Origin: a virus
Taxonomy: Duplodnaviria; Caudoviricetes
Strand: one strand, 5' to 3'
Length of the DNA: 64,000 bases
IMG/VR virus record: IMGVR_UViG_3300025809_001850
Shown: positions 10,722 to 20,988 of the stretch, in pieces
Layout: every line of letters starts with the position of its first letter
Numbering within the stretch: position 1 is the first letter of the stretch
The notes under the pieces: model-generated
Databases searched by the model: none
What the model saw: the letters and a program-made list of their open reading frames with translations, nothing else
Told to the model about the DNA's origin: nothing
Position numbers and translations under genes: made by a program

Positions 10722-13700
10722 ATGGCAGAGGGAAAGAAAATTAGTGAATTGACAAAGGTATCTGAAATTTCTGATAACGATGAATTGCTTATGGTGAACA
10801 AAGAAGTCACCTCAGGCGATGACGCAGGTTCAGAAGGACAGACGAGTATAATCACATTTAGTGATTTAAAAGATGCAATTGGTTCACAAGGTCCTATGGG
10901 CCCAGCTGGACAAGTAGGTGACACAGGTCCTGCAGGACCTAAAGGTGAACCAGGTGATTCTGCGTTTGCAATCAATGATGGAAAGGTTTCACTTGGTGAC
11001 AACCACATCGGCATCGGAACAACTGATGCTCAAGTACCTTTACACATTTCAGGTAAACGACCTGCAATTAGACTGACCGACACGGAGTTACCAGGTACGG
11101 CAAACTTTGAAATAGTAAACAATGGTGATAAATTAGCATTTTTTAATCATCCAGGTTCTACCATTCTGGCTCTTACTGCCGATGGATCACTTGGTGTTGG
11201 AACTGAGACTCCTGCAGCTCGTTTACACATAGATGATAAGCACACAAACCAAGCAAGTGCTTCTGGTCAACTTTTGTTGAGCAATGGTGCAGCTAATGGT
11301 GGAAAGTGGGGAATTGGTACAACTGCTGATCAATGGAACATCGGTGGAGGTGGTAAGTTAGGATTTTTTGCTGACAATAATGCTGATGACGCACGTGTTG
11401 TATTTACACAAGACGGCCATGTTGGTATCGGTACATCTGATCCAGAGTGGCTACTTGACTTGCAGGGAAAAAACAGTACTGTACAACTTCATATGAGTCG
11501 TTCGGGGGATAACGTCGGTGAAGCATGGATGGGTGCAAACGAAAGTGGTTTTCATTTAGGTGTCGGTGAATATGGTGTGGGTAACGATCAATTAACACCA
11601 AACGGATTTTCAGTTTCTACACAAGGAAATGCAACTTTCAAAGGTAACATTGAAGCAAAATCATTTTCAATTGGTGGTACATCAGTCGGAGCAGCCGATT
11701 TAAAAGGACCAAAGGGAGACACAGGTCCTGTTGGTGCAACCGGTGCAGACGGAGTAGATGGTGAAGACGCATTTGCAAATCGTCATCTTGATCTTGCAAC
11801 CGATGGTCCTTTGGGTATGTCAATCGCATCTCCAAGTGGTCATAGTTTTTCTAAAACATCAGGTGACCAGCAATGGAACGCAGCTGTACATTCAAAAGTA
11901 GGATTTACAGGAGGATGCTATATAGCATTTGCTTCTTCATACAACAACAAGTATTTTATGATGGGTCTTTCCCAAGACGTAAATCGTGGAACAAATAGTG
12001 GTGATCATTATGACGGCATAGATTTCGCATGGTATTGTGCAAACGGTGTTGCTCAAATTTACGAAAGTGGATCAAACAAAGGATCGTTTGGTGCATATAG
12101 TGCAGGAGACAATTTTACTATTACATACGACAACGAAACTATTCGTTATTTCGTAAATGGTTCAGAAAAACGAGCAGTTCCTGTTGGAGAAAATAAAACA
12201 TTTTATTTAGATTCATCTGTGTATCATGTTGCAAACAACATAACAAAGTATCTTCATTTTGCACCAATGGCATCAAGGGGTGCAGTTGGAATGACAGGTC
12301 CTCAAGGTCCTATCGGTGCAGAAGGTCCCAGTGGAGTTCAAGGTGAAAAAGGTAACGCAGGTGAAAAAGGTGAACCAGGAGTTGCGGGTAACCCAATGTC
12401 TGTTGCAGAACCAATTAATCGTTGGGATGCATCTAACTATTCAACTGGTGCATTGTTGTATCCATTAAAAGGGTCTGCTCAACTGAATGTTGTAGGAAAC
12501 GTTATTACAACTGACGATGAACGAGGAAAAGTATTTGAATTTCCTGCGGTTCCTGGTGGATTAAACAAAACACAATTATGGTCACCTGATATTTGGGATG
12601 CAGAAATTGCAGATGGAACATTTTCGTGGTCTGTGTGGGTAAAACCAAGATCACTCAACGCAACGACAGATGATACAAAAGGACATGGATCAGTAATTGC
12701 TAAATGGAATACGGCAAGTCCGGTGGACGGTGGAAATAATTCATTTATTTGTTATGCTAACGGAACATTCGTATCATCATTTTCATATTCAACAACTCCT
12801 CTTAATAATTGGACACCTGAATTAAACAAATGGACACATTTAACATGGACATTAAATAATGGAGTGTGTACGTTATATGCAAATGGAAAACTCATTCCAA
12901 CTGTATCAAGTCCTGCCGTGGCATCCTCCGACTACCGAGTAACAGAAAGTTCATATAATCCTGCAACGATGGGTGATTCAAACTTTATGTCTACAATACA
13001 ATCACAGGGAGACCTAATTTATATAGAAGATTTGCTCGCAGACCCAAGTATTATTACCAAAATCGGAGCATCTGAGTTAAATAATGTAGGAATGGTTGTG
13101 CGTGATCCTAGCAAGTTAAGTAAACTGAACGGAACTACACGTACACTTTACTATGATCAAACAAGTCCTTCTCTTAAACGTAATTATTATTTACAAACAG
13201 GAACAAGTGGACTTACACACACATACAATGGAAGTCATCCATTTAGTGAATATAATTTATACATTAAATCTTGGACTGGTTCATATCAGTATCTTGTTTC
13301 TGATCCAATCGTGTCCAACGGTTCCAGTCCACAACACCAATTCAAAAATAGTTCAGAGAGAATCCGTGTAGGAGCTCTTTCTTCACGTGGGCATTATCAG
13401 TTTAATGGTAGCATCGATGATGTTAAGTTTTACGATGTTGCACTTGATGAAGGTGAAGTTTATTTTGCTTACAATGGTATCGGTGGTGGAGGACTTGTGG
13501 GTCCTCAAGGTCCTGCGGGTATCGGAGAACCAGGAGAAAAAGGTGACATAGGTCCTCAAGGTCCTGCTGGAATTCAAGGTGAACGTGGTCAAGAAGGTAT
13601 TCCTGGAACACCCGGTGAACCAGGTGAACCAGGTGATAAAGGTGATAAAGGTGATAAAGGTGATAAAGGTGATTCAACTCTTATGAATTTTGCGTCCAAT

Positions 13701-16526
13701 GTAAATTGGGAAATCGCAACTAATAGACCAACTTATTCATCTCAAGATGGTGATTTGTTTGGTGTTAATGGAACAGCTGCGGAAAACTCGGTGGCATGGG
13801 GAAATGATCCATTTGGTCGTAGAGTCAAAATTTGGAAAGCAAGAAACAATGACGCAGCTTCCAATGCAGATGGTGGATGGGGAAAAATCATCAAGGGACT
13901 TAAGAAAAATGCAGGATATATGTCTGTTGTTTATATTCGTAGAAATGGAACAAGCACAAATGGTAGATTTTATCATGGATGCAAACAAGGCACAGATACA
14001 CTCAACTTGGATGGTACACCAAATGGAAATCCATATTTTCATTATCCAACAATCGGTGAATTGCCACAAGACAAATGGTTATTGTCGGTAGGATTTATTC
14101 GTGCTAATAATGATACAAGTACAACTCAGTCTGGATTAAGTGGAATATACGATGTTACAACAGGTAAAAAACTTACATTGTCGAGAAGTTTCGGTGATTA
14201 TAAAATGGGAACATCGGGTGTACAATCACATAGAACTTATTTGTATTACTCAACAAACGGAAATGATTCAATTGATTGGACATTACCTGGTTTTTACGAA
14301 CTTGGTAGTGATGCTCCTACAATAAACGATCTATTGAAAATAGGTGGTGGAGGTGGTGCTTCTGCGGTATCCACCAACTATCAAGTAACAGAAAGTTCAT
14401 ATAATCCTGCAACGATGGGTGATTCAAACTTTATGTCTACAATACAATCACAGGGAGACCTAATTTATATAGAAGATTTGCTCGCAGACCCAAGTATTAT
14501 TACCAAAATCGGAGCATCTGAGTTAAATAATGTAGGAATGGTTGTGCGTGATCCTAGCAAGTTAAGTAAACTGAACGGAACTACACTATCACTTTACTAT
14601 GATCAAACAGATCAAGGTCTAAAACGTAATTATTATTTACAAACAGGAACAAGTGGACTTACACACACATACAATGGAAGTCATCCATTTAGTGAATATA
14701 ATTTATACATTAAATCTTGGACTGGTTCATATCAGTATCTTGTTTTATCTGCAACCGGAGGAGTGCCTGGTGCAAGAGGCCCACAAGGGGAACAAGGTCC
14801 TCCCGGTGACGTCCGAGAATTAGCAAGCACAACACTTCCAAGTCTGAAAACTCAAGCACTTACTATGGAAGGTGACATTCGCATGGCACAACATAGTGTG
14901 CGTTTTGGAAATGCTTCAACACGAATCTTTGATTCAAGTGGAACTCCACACTACTACTCAGCATCTGCCGTTCATAACTTTAATAGTTCGGATGGTGGGA
15001 AGGCAACTGTTAATGTGAATACAATTTCTACTGCAAAATTTAGTAGTTCTGCAATGAAGTTTGGTGAAAAGGACAAAGAAACACAAGTAGATTTCTTGGG
15101 AACGTTGACTTGTGGCAATGTTGTAATAAATAAAAGTGGTCATCAGATGTATGGTGGTTCTCAGATTACTTCTATGTCGGAAAACAACGGCGCAGGAAAT
15201 CATCTTTATACCACAAATGATGGTGTGTTTCATATACAACCAAGAGAACGTAATGGTAACAATGATAAACTTGCAAGAGTTTCTTTTAATAGTCGTTTAA
15301 GAATTGATACGTCCGATAGAGCAAATACATACATTACTGCTCATACGAATCCATCACGTGATCCTGGCACTTCGCAAGACGGTCCTAGAACACTACATTT
15401 GGAAGCACCAAAGGGTGACATCAATATCCGAGCAGGTGATGGTTCACGTGGTTGGGGTACAATCATGCTTCGTGCAAGAGGGTACGTATCAACTATGGGT
15501 ATCTCAAAGAAACCAAATGAATATTTTGGAAATCCTTGGTTTTCTTCAAAAAATGCCGCCAGAGAAACGATAATTAGAATTATGGGTGGAGCAATGTTCC
15601 CTGAGAAGGGTCATACTGATCTCGGAACACCGAACTTTGAGTATCGTTTTGATACGTTGTATGCAAAGAATCACATAGATACCGGTTCTGACAAACGTCT
15701 TAAACGACAAATTGAAAAATCAGATTTGGGACTTGAGTTTATTACAAAACTTAAACCAGTTAAATACAAGTATAAGTCCGAGAAAATCAAAGACCAGGAG
15801 ACCGGAAAAGTTCAGACTATTGATCACAATCGTTTTCACTACGGATTGATTGCTCAAGATGTCAAGGAAGCACTTGGTGATACGGATTTCAGTGGATATG
15901 TTGATCCTGCTCATGGTGGTGAAGAACTGCCTGAAAAAGATGCTATGTTAGGTCTTCGTTATGGTGAGTTTATTTCACCTATGATTATGGCAATTAAACA
16001 ACTTGATAGAAAACTTGATAAACTTGAAACTGCGGATGTAAACAAGAAGAAGAGAATTGGTGACCTTGAACAGAAACTTGAGAAGAAGCATAAAATGCAA
16101 ATGCAGAAAATCAAGGATATAGAAACAAGTGAAACTACAACAGAATCAGAACCTGTGTTGACCGCTAAAGAACTGGACGCAAGGGTAGAAGAAAAGTTCA
16201 AGTCAGCAGAAGCAGAACGAGAAACTAGATTGCGTGAAATGGAAGAACACCTTGAAACCACACGAAAAGAGTTGGCATTGGAATTTCCTTCTCATTGGGG
16301 TGATCAACCCGAAATGGAAACCAACGATTATGTGAAGTTACCAGGTCATTATGGATGGGGTAGTTCAACACTTAAAAATTGGATTGAAGTTAATATGCAG
16401 TCTGACAGAAATGAAATGGATGAATCAAAAACTCTTAACCTAAAGATTTTGGATACTCTTAAAACAATAAACGAAAGATTAACAAGACTGGAAGGCAATT
16501 CTGATCCAGAAACACAAGAACTATAA
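10722..16526 (+). CDS. Long tail fibre/appendage protein with collagen repeats, LamG domain and C-terminal S74 intramolecular chaperone
   Basis: KISEL N-terminus; several Gly-X-Y tracts; GIGT..P..LHI repeats; LamG (WSVWVKP..WTHL..LYANG..FNGSIDDVKFY); SDKRLK..GLIAQDV..LRYGEFISP; terminal coiled coil. Confidence 0.85.
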   Translation: MAEGKKISELTKVSEISDNDELLMVNKEVTSGDDAGSEGQTSIITFSDLKDAIGSQGPMGPAGQVGDTGPAGPKGEPGDSAFAINDGKVSLGDNHIGIGTTDAQVPLHISGKRPAIRLTDTELPGTANFEIVNNGDKLAFFNHPGSTILALTADGSLGVGTETPAARLHIDDKHTNQASASGQLLLSNGAANGGKWGIGTTADQWNIGGGGKLGFFADNNADDARVVFTQDGHVGIGTSDPEWLLDLQGKNSTVQLHMSRSGDNVGEAWMGANESGFHLGVGEYGVGNDQLTPNGFSVSTQGNATFKGNIEAKSFSIGGTSVGAADLKGPKGDTGPVGATGADGVDGEDAFANRHLDLATDGPLGMSIASPSGHSFSKTSGDQQWNAAVHSKVGFTGGCYIAFASSYNNKYFMMGLSQDVNRGTNSGDHYDGIDFAWYCANGVAQIYESGSNKGSFGAYSAGDNFTITYDNETIRYFVNGSEKRAVPVGENKTFYLDSSVYHVANNITKYLHFAPMASRGAVGMTGPQGPIGAEGPSGVQGEKGNAGEKGEPGVAGNPMSVAEPINRWDASNYSTGALLYPLKGSAQLNVVGNVITTDDERGKVFEFPAVPGGLNKTQLWSPDIWDAEIADGTFSWSVWVKPRSLNATTDDTKGHGSVIAKWNTASPVDGGNNSFICYANGTFVSSFSYSTTPLNNWTPELNKWTHLTWTLNNGVCTLYANGKLIPTVSSPAVASSDYRVTESSYNPATMGDSNFMSTIQSQGDLIYIEDLLADPSIITKIGASELNNVGMVVRDPSKLSKLNGTTRTLYYDQTSPSLKRNYYLQTGTSGLTHTYNGSHPFSEYNLYIKSWTGSYQYLVSDPIVSNGSSPQHQFKNSSERIRVGALSSRGHYQFNGSIDDVKFYDVALDEGEVYFAYNGIGGGGLVGPQGPAGIGEPGEKGDIGPQGPAGIQGERGQEGIPGTPGEPGEPGDKGDKGDKGDKGDSTLMNFASNVNWEIATNRPTYSSQDGDLFGVNGTAAENSVAWGNDPFGRRVKIWKARNNDAASNADGGWGKIIKGLKKNAGYMSVVYIRRNGTSTNGRFYHGCKQGTDTLNLDGTPNGNPYFHYPTIGELPQDKWLLSVGFIRANNDTSTTQSGLSGIYDVTTGKKLTLSRSFGDYKMGTSGVQSHRTYLYYSTNGNDSIDWTLPGFYELGSDAPTINDLLKIGGGGGASAVSTNYQVTESSYNPATMGDSNFMSTIQSQGDLIYIEDLLADPSIITKIGASELNNVGMVVRDPSKLSKLNGTTLSLYYDQTDQGLKRNYYLQTGTSGLTHTYNGSHPFSEYNLYIKSWTGSYQYLVLSATGGVPGARGPQGEQGPPGDVRELASTTLPSLKTQALTMEGDIRMAQHSVRFGNASTRIFDSSGTPHYYSASAVHNFNSSDGGKATVNVNTISTAKFSSSAMKFGEKDKETQVDFLGTLTCGNVVINKSGHQMYGGSQITSMSENNGAGNHLYTTNDGVFHIQPRERNGNNDKLARVSFNSRLRIDTSDRANTYITAHTNPSRDPGTSQDGPRTLHLEAPKGDINIRAGDGSRGWGTIMLRARGYVSTMGISKKPNEYFGNPWFSSKNAARETIIRIMGGAMFPEKGHTDLGTPNFEYRFDTLYAKNHIDTGSDKRLKRQIEKSDLGLEFITKLKPVKYKYKSEKIKDQETGKVQTIDHNRFHYGLIAQDVKEALGDTDFSGYVDPAHGGEELPEKDAMLGLRYGEFISPMIMAIKQLDRKLDKLETADVNKKKRIGDLEQKLEKKHKMQMQKIKDIETSETTTESEPVLTAKELDARVEEKFKSAEAERETRLREMEEHLETTRKELALEFPSHWGDQPEMETNDYVKLPGHYGWGSSTLKNWIEVNMQSDRNEMDESKTLNLKILDTLKTINERLTRLEGNSDPETQEL
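12938..14745 (+). repeat. 362-bp near-identical direct repeat within the fibre gene (12938-13299 and 14384-14745)
   Basis: Offset 1446 bp in frame; differences seen only in two short patches (TTRTL..QTSPSLK vs TTLSL..QTDQGLK). Confidence 0.9.
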
Positions 16527-16529
16527 TTT

Positions 16530-16565
16530 AAAAATGGAGGAGGTCTAAATCCTCCTCCATTTTTT
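16530..16565 (+). terminator. Intrinsic terminator after fibre gene
   Basis: AAAAATGGAGGAGG-TCTAAAT-CCTCCTCCATTTTT. Confidence 0.8.
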
Positions 16566-16580
16566 CAGGAGACAACAGAG

Positions 16581-18440
16581 ATGACAAACGAAGAATTATT
16601 AAACGAAATCAATAAACTTAAAGCAGACCTTGCTAAACTTTCACAAAAACTTGACAACAAACAAGGTCGTGTGGCGGCAAGAGTTTCTGAGTTGGAAGAT
16701 AGCACTAAAAAGTATAAAAACCAAATCGCAAACCTTGATTCTGCAAACGACAACAAAAAAGAAAGAATTGCAGGTCTTGAAAGAAAACTTGATACCAAGC
16801 AGGGTAGAATGGGTGACCGAGTTAGAGCATTGGAAGGTGTTGTTGCTGGTCAAGCAGATGAAATTGCGGAACACGCAGATGATGGTGATGGCCACGTAGG
16901 ATTAATTCAGTCTAAGGTATTTCTGATGAAAGGAAGTATCAACCGAGTTAATAATTCTTGGAGACGATTGTCGTTTGATGGAAACTATGCAATGGAAATG
17001 GAAGATTGGACTTTCACAAGTGCAAGTGGCCACAAAGGATTGCGTCCTTCGGTTACTGGTTTCTACGACATCGATTTGTCAATGGGTCTTGAAGCATCCC
17101 CCAGCAATACGATGATAGTGTCGCAATCAATCCGTGTCTACAAAATGAGTGTAACAACGGATCAGATTATCGGAATCTTGGCAAAAACAATCAATACTGC
17201 TTCGATACGTGGCGACGATGCACCTACAATTTCGTTGTCAGTCAAAAACGTTTATTTAAAAGACGATGAATTTATTTTGGTTGTCGCAAAGACTGATGAT
17301 GGTGAAGCAAATGAATTCAGATTTATAGACGGAACACCTGAAACAACTCATTTGAGTTTGGAACTTAAATATGCTCATGTGTTGGAAGGACTTGAAATAC
17401 AGGAACCAGAAGTTGAACTACCAGAGATACTTTCAGTTGACTTTACTCGTAGTGATTCCGTGAGTGCAATGTCATCACTTCCAGTAGTGGTGGACTCTAC
17501 AGAACCAACTGCAACCAACAATGAATTTTCTGAATTGTCGGGTAACTATGTTATTGCACCAAATACCCACCAAGGTGTGGCATATTGGAAGCACGAAGAT
17601 GGCCATTATATTCATTATTCAGGAGAAAAAGATACGTGGGTGATAACTTCACCTTCAAATACATCTGAAAGTTGGGTTATGTCTACAATGACACCAGTAC
17701 AAGATGCTCCATCATGGCCATGGACAGGTTCTTGGGTAACGGAAAATGCAGAAGGTGAATTACTTGATCTTCCAATAGTTGTGTATGGTGGAAAACTTCC
17801 ATCTACTCCAACTCCAACTCCAACGACTGGAAGTTTCTATGAAAAAACACCAACTCCAACGACTGGAAGTTTTTACGAAAAAACACCAACTCCTACGACA
17901 GGAAGTTTTTACGAAAAAACACCAACTCCTACGACAGGAAGTTTTTACGAAAAAACACCAACTCCTACGACAGGAAGTTTTTACGAAAAAACACCAACTC
18001 CTACGACAGGAAGTTTTTATGAGAAATCTCTAACAAGTTATGAGGGAGCAATTGATAAATTGAATGAACAACAACTTCAGTGGAATTCGTTGAACATAAC
18101 CGAGTATAAGTTTGAGTTTGTATGGAAGTGCTATTGTTCAGCTGAATACACAACTCCCGTGATACTTCATGTTAGAGACAACGAGATTATTGACGTAGAG
18201 TGGGCAAACGCATCTGAAAATGATGAGGAACTTGTAAATCCTGATGTGGAAAATTATTATACCATGCCCGAGTTGTTCTCATTTACGTCAGATTACTATG
18301 CAAAGAAACCACATACAATGGATGTAAAGTTTGATGATGATCATCAGTTTGTTGCGGAAATGTATGCGGATGTTCAAGAGAATATAGCAGACGAGGAAAT
18401 GGGATTTGTAGCAAGTAATCTACAAGTTATTTCTGAGTAA
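16581..18440 (+). CDS. Modular appendage-associated protein: coiled coil, beta domains, Thr/Pro repeats, C-terminal DUF6174-like domain
   Basis: Internal KLDxKQGR..RV..LE duplication; 6x TPTPTTGSFYEK; C-terminal W..Y.F....CYC..V.V.D..I..D.E pattern. Confidence 0.6.
   Translation: MTNEELLNEINKLKADLAKLSQKLDNKQGRVAARVSELEDSTKKYKNQIANLDSANDNKKERIAGLERKLDTKQGRMGDRVRALEGVVAGQADEIAEHADDGDGHVGLIQSKVFLMKGSINRVNNSWRRLSFDGNYAMEMEDWTFTSASGHKGLRPSVTGFYDIDLSMGLEASPSNTMIVSQSIRVYKMSVTTDQIIGILAKTINTASIRGDDAPTISLSVKNVYLKDDEFILVVAKTDDGEANEFRFIDGTPETTHLSLELKYAHVLEGLEIQEPEVELPEILSVDFTRSDSVSAMSSLPVVVDSTEPTATNNEFSELSGNYVIAPNTHQGVAYWKHEDGHYIHYSGEKDTWVITSPSNTSESWVMSTMTPVQDAPSWPWTGSWVTENAEGELLDLPIVVYGGKLPSTPTPTPTTGSFYEKTPTPTTGSFYEKTPTPTTGSFYEKTPTPTTGSFYEKTPTPTTGSFYEKTPTPTTGSFYEKSLTSYEGAIDKLNEQQLQWNSLNITEYKFEFVWKCYCSAEYTTPVILHVRDNEIIDVEWANASENDEELVNPDVENYYTMPELFSFTSDYYAKKPHTMDVKFDDDHQFVAEMYADVQENIADEEMGFVASNLQVISE
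17811..18026 (+). repeat. Coding tandem repeat, 6 x 36 bp (TPTPTTGSFYEK)
   Basis: Unit acaccaactcc(a/t)acgac(t/a)ggaagtttttacgaaaaa, contiguous and in frame. Confidence 0.95.
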
Positions 18441-18475
18441 TTTATACCTTAGATACCTCGGTATCTAAATTTCAT

Positions 18476-19681
18476 GTGGAGAGAAAAATGAGAGATGATG
18501 AATTAAAATTACCTGAGTTTAAGGTAAACGAAACGATGAGTACCCTCAGTCAACGAATTGATTGGGGATTGCGACAATTGAATGTACCAAAAACATGGAG
18601 CATTACACGTGGTGAGGGAATTACTGTTATGGTAATTGACACAGGACATCCTGTTCATCCTGACATCGGTGATAATGCAATAGAAGGAAAAAACTGCATT
18701 CCCAATGAACCAATTGAAGATGAAAACGGACATCAATCTCATTGTACAGGTATCATTTGTGCAAAAGACAATGAAACTGGAATGGTGGGTGTTGCTCCTG
18801 GATCAAAATGTATTTCAGTAAAAGCATTAAGTAAAAGTGGAAGTGGAAGTTATCGTGGATTGGCAGAAGCATTGGATTATGCAATTGAAATGAAACCAGA
18901 CTTGATAAGCATGAGTTTAGGAGGTTCTTCACCTTCAGCTGCTATGCAATCACGCATACAAAAATTGTACGATATGAATATTCCTGTTATTTGTGCAGCT
19001 GGAAACTCAGGTGATGGTGGAGTTAATTATCCAGCAGCCTTTGATGAAACAATAGCAGTTGCAGCTTACGACAAATACGGAAATGTAGCAAGATTTTCTT
19101 CTAAAGGAGAAAAAGTAGAATGGGCTGCTCCTGGTGTAAACATTTATAGTACATATCTTAACAATGGATATGCTAGTTTAAGTGGAACTTCAATGGCGTG
19201 TCCGTTTATTGCGGGTGTTGTGGCGTTGATGCTTGCAAAGCACAAAAAGCAAGAAGAATCAACTGGTATGAACGATTGTAAAACAGTTGAACAAATTCGT
19301 GAGCATCTTCTTAAATACACCAAAGACAAAGGTGAAGTCGGCCGTGACAATTCATGGGGATACGGAGTTATTGATGTAGAGAAACTTATCGGTGGTGGTG
19401 ATATTGAACAACCAGTTCCAACACCTACTCCAACACCTACTCCAATAGAAAAACCAACACCTCAACCACCTGAAGAGAAACCTGTGGAAAAAGAACCGGT
19501 GAAAGAAGAACCAAAAAAGAAAAACAAAAACACTTTATTTATTGTTATTGGAGTTGTGGTAATTGCAACAATTATTGGAATTGCCGTGGTAATGAACAAC
19601 AAAGTTGATATACCAACACCACCTTATTATGATGAAAATGGTGAAATCAATTGGGACAAGAAATTTGAACTTGATCGATAA
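18476..19681 (+). CDS. Subtilisin-like S8 serine protease with Pro-rich linker and C-terminal TM anchor
   Basis: Triad motifs IDTG, NGHQSH and GTSMACP; AAGNSG; PTPT linker; hydrophobic LFIVIGVVVIATIIGIAVVM. Confidence 0.92.
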   Translation: MERKMRDDELKLPEFKVNETMSTLSQRIDWGLRQLNVPKTWSITRGEGITVMVIDTGHPVHPDIGDNAIEGKNCIPNEPIEDENGHQSHCTGIICAKDNETGMVGVAPGSKCISVKALSKSGSGSYRGLAEALDYAIEMKPDLISMSLGGSSPSAAMQSRIQKLYDMNIPVICAAGNSGDGGVNYPAAFDETIAVAAYDKYGNVARFSSKGEKVEWAAPGVNIYSTYLNNGYASLSGTSMACPFIAGVVALMLAKHKKQEESTGMNDCKTVEQIREHLLKYTKDKGEVGRDNSWGYGVIDVEKLIGGGDIEQPVPTPTPTPTPIEKPTPQPPEEKPVEKEPVKEEPKKKNKNTLFIVIGVVVIATIIGIAVVMNNKVDIPTPPYYDENGEINWDKKFELDR

Positions 19682-19705
19682 CTTTATTAAATGGGAGAAT
19701 AACAA

Positions 19706-20305
19706 ATGGAAAATGATGTAAAAAAAGAACTGGATGATTTAAACAAAAATCTCAGAATCATAGAATCTGAATTGACATGGCAACTTGACAAGCTCAAAGA
19801 TTATATGAAACGAGACAACGAAAATGATATGGAGTCTCATTTGAAGATTGCAGATATTAATGCCAGTATTGAATTGCTTCAAGAACAAATTAAATCTCAG
19901 GCAGAAATTTTCACAAGCAATTCAAATAAACAATCATCGTCAACAAGCAACTTGAAGAAAAGTATTGAAGATATATCAAAAACAACAAATTTACTTCAAC
20001 AACACTTTGAGTTTCAAAAAAATAAATTGTCAGAATACATTGAACGAGATAGTGAATTTACAAAGCAGTTTGGTGATACATTACGAAAAATGCGTGACGA
20101 TATGAAAACAATCACATATTCAAAATCAATTGTAGATACACTCAATGTTGCTAGTCAGAAAGATGATGTGGATAGTCTCAAAAAGAAAGATGTATACAGA
20201 AAAGAAAAATTGTTGCATCTTGAAAAGAAACTTGAGAACACCCACATTAATATGAAGAAACGAGTTTCTGAACTTGAAAACAAGATAAAGAAACTAGAAT
20301 CTTAA
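19706..20305 (+). CDS. Coiled-coil protein
   Basis: Heptad pattern; ends KKRVSELENKIKKLE, like motifs in the two preceding proteins. Confidence 0.6.
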   Translation: MENDVKKELDDLNKNLRIIESELTWQLDKLKDYMKRDNENDMESHLKIADINASIELLQEQIKSQAEIFTSNSNKQSSSTSNLKKSIEDISKTTNLLQQHFEFQKNKLSEYIERDSEFTKQFGDTLRKMRDDMKTITYSKSIVDTLNVASQKDDVDSLKKKDVYRKEKLLHLEKKLENTHINMKKRVSELENKIKKLES

Positions 20306-20391
20306 TTGACATATTCATTATTTGCAATGTATTCCATAAATTCATATCAATAATAATTATAAAAATAACATCATTTGCTATTTATTATAAT

Positions 20392-20973
20392 ATGGGAACT
20401 GATGGAAAAACAATTTTTCCGACTGAATATTTGTCGGCTGATTACTTTGAAAAAGTCGGAGGTCGCAAAGCATATGCATTTTGGTTGGTTGGTAATAGTG
20501 GAAGTGGTAAAAGTACACTCACTAAGACCGTAGAAACAATGCTGATGGAACATGAATATTGGGTAAAGTGCTTAGACGGAGACAATATGCGAAGCACCAT
20601 CAATTCAGACTTGGATTTGTCAGTTGAATCTAGAACAGAAAATGTTCGTAGAAGTGCTGAAATTTCAAAAATGTTTTTGATGAATGGAACAACTACAATT
20701 AATTGTTTTATTTCTCCAACTGAAGAAAGTCGTAATCAAGCACAAAAAATTATTGGTGAACGTTTTTGTTTGATTTATATCAAAGCATCACATGAAGAAG
20801 TTAAAAAACGAGATGTTAAAGGATTATACAAAGATAATGCTGAAAACATGAACAATTCTTTGAATTTATTTGAAGAACCTAGTGACCCTGATTTGATTAT
20901 AGACACCACAGGTAAAACGATAAAATATTCTGCGAATATTTTATTTAATTTTATAATAAACCAACCCATTTGA
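20392..20973 (+). CDS. cysC: Adenylyl-sulfate (APS) kinase
   Basis: GNSGSGKST, LDGDNMR, RTENVRR.AE, FISP, DVKGLYK. Confidence 0.93.
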   Translation: MGTDGKTIFPTEYLSADYFEKVGGRKAYAFWLVGNSGSGKSTLTKTVETMLMEHEYWVKCLDGDNMRSTINSDLDLSVESRTENVRRSAEISKMFLMNGTTTINCFISPTEESRNQAQKIIGERFCLIYIKASHEEVKKRDVKGLYKDNAENMNNSLNLFEEPSDPDLIIDTTGKTIKYSANILFNFIINQPI

Positions 20974-20988
20974 TATTTATAAAAAGAG

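Noticed and set aside
13633-13670. GGTGATAAA x4 microsatellite as a phase-variation tract
   Set aside because: The 9-bp unit encodes collagen Gly-Asp-Lys; slippage keeps the frame.
12938-14745. Fibre repeat pair as DGR template/variable repeats
   Set aside because: Differences are not adenine-specific, both copies are coding, and there is no reverse transcriptase in the window.
17811-18026. 36-bp repeats as a CRISPR array
   Set aside because: Units are contiguous with no spacers, are in frame in a long ORF, and no cas genes are present.
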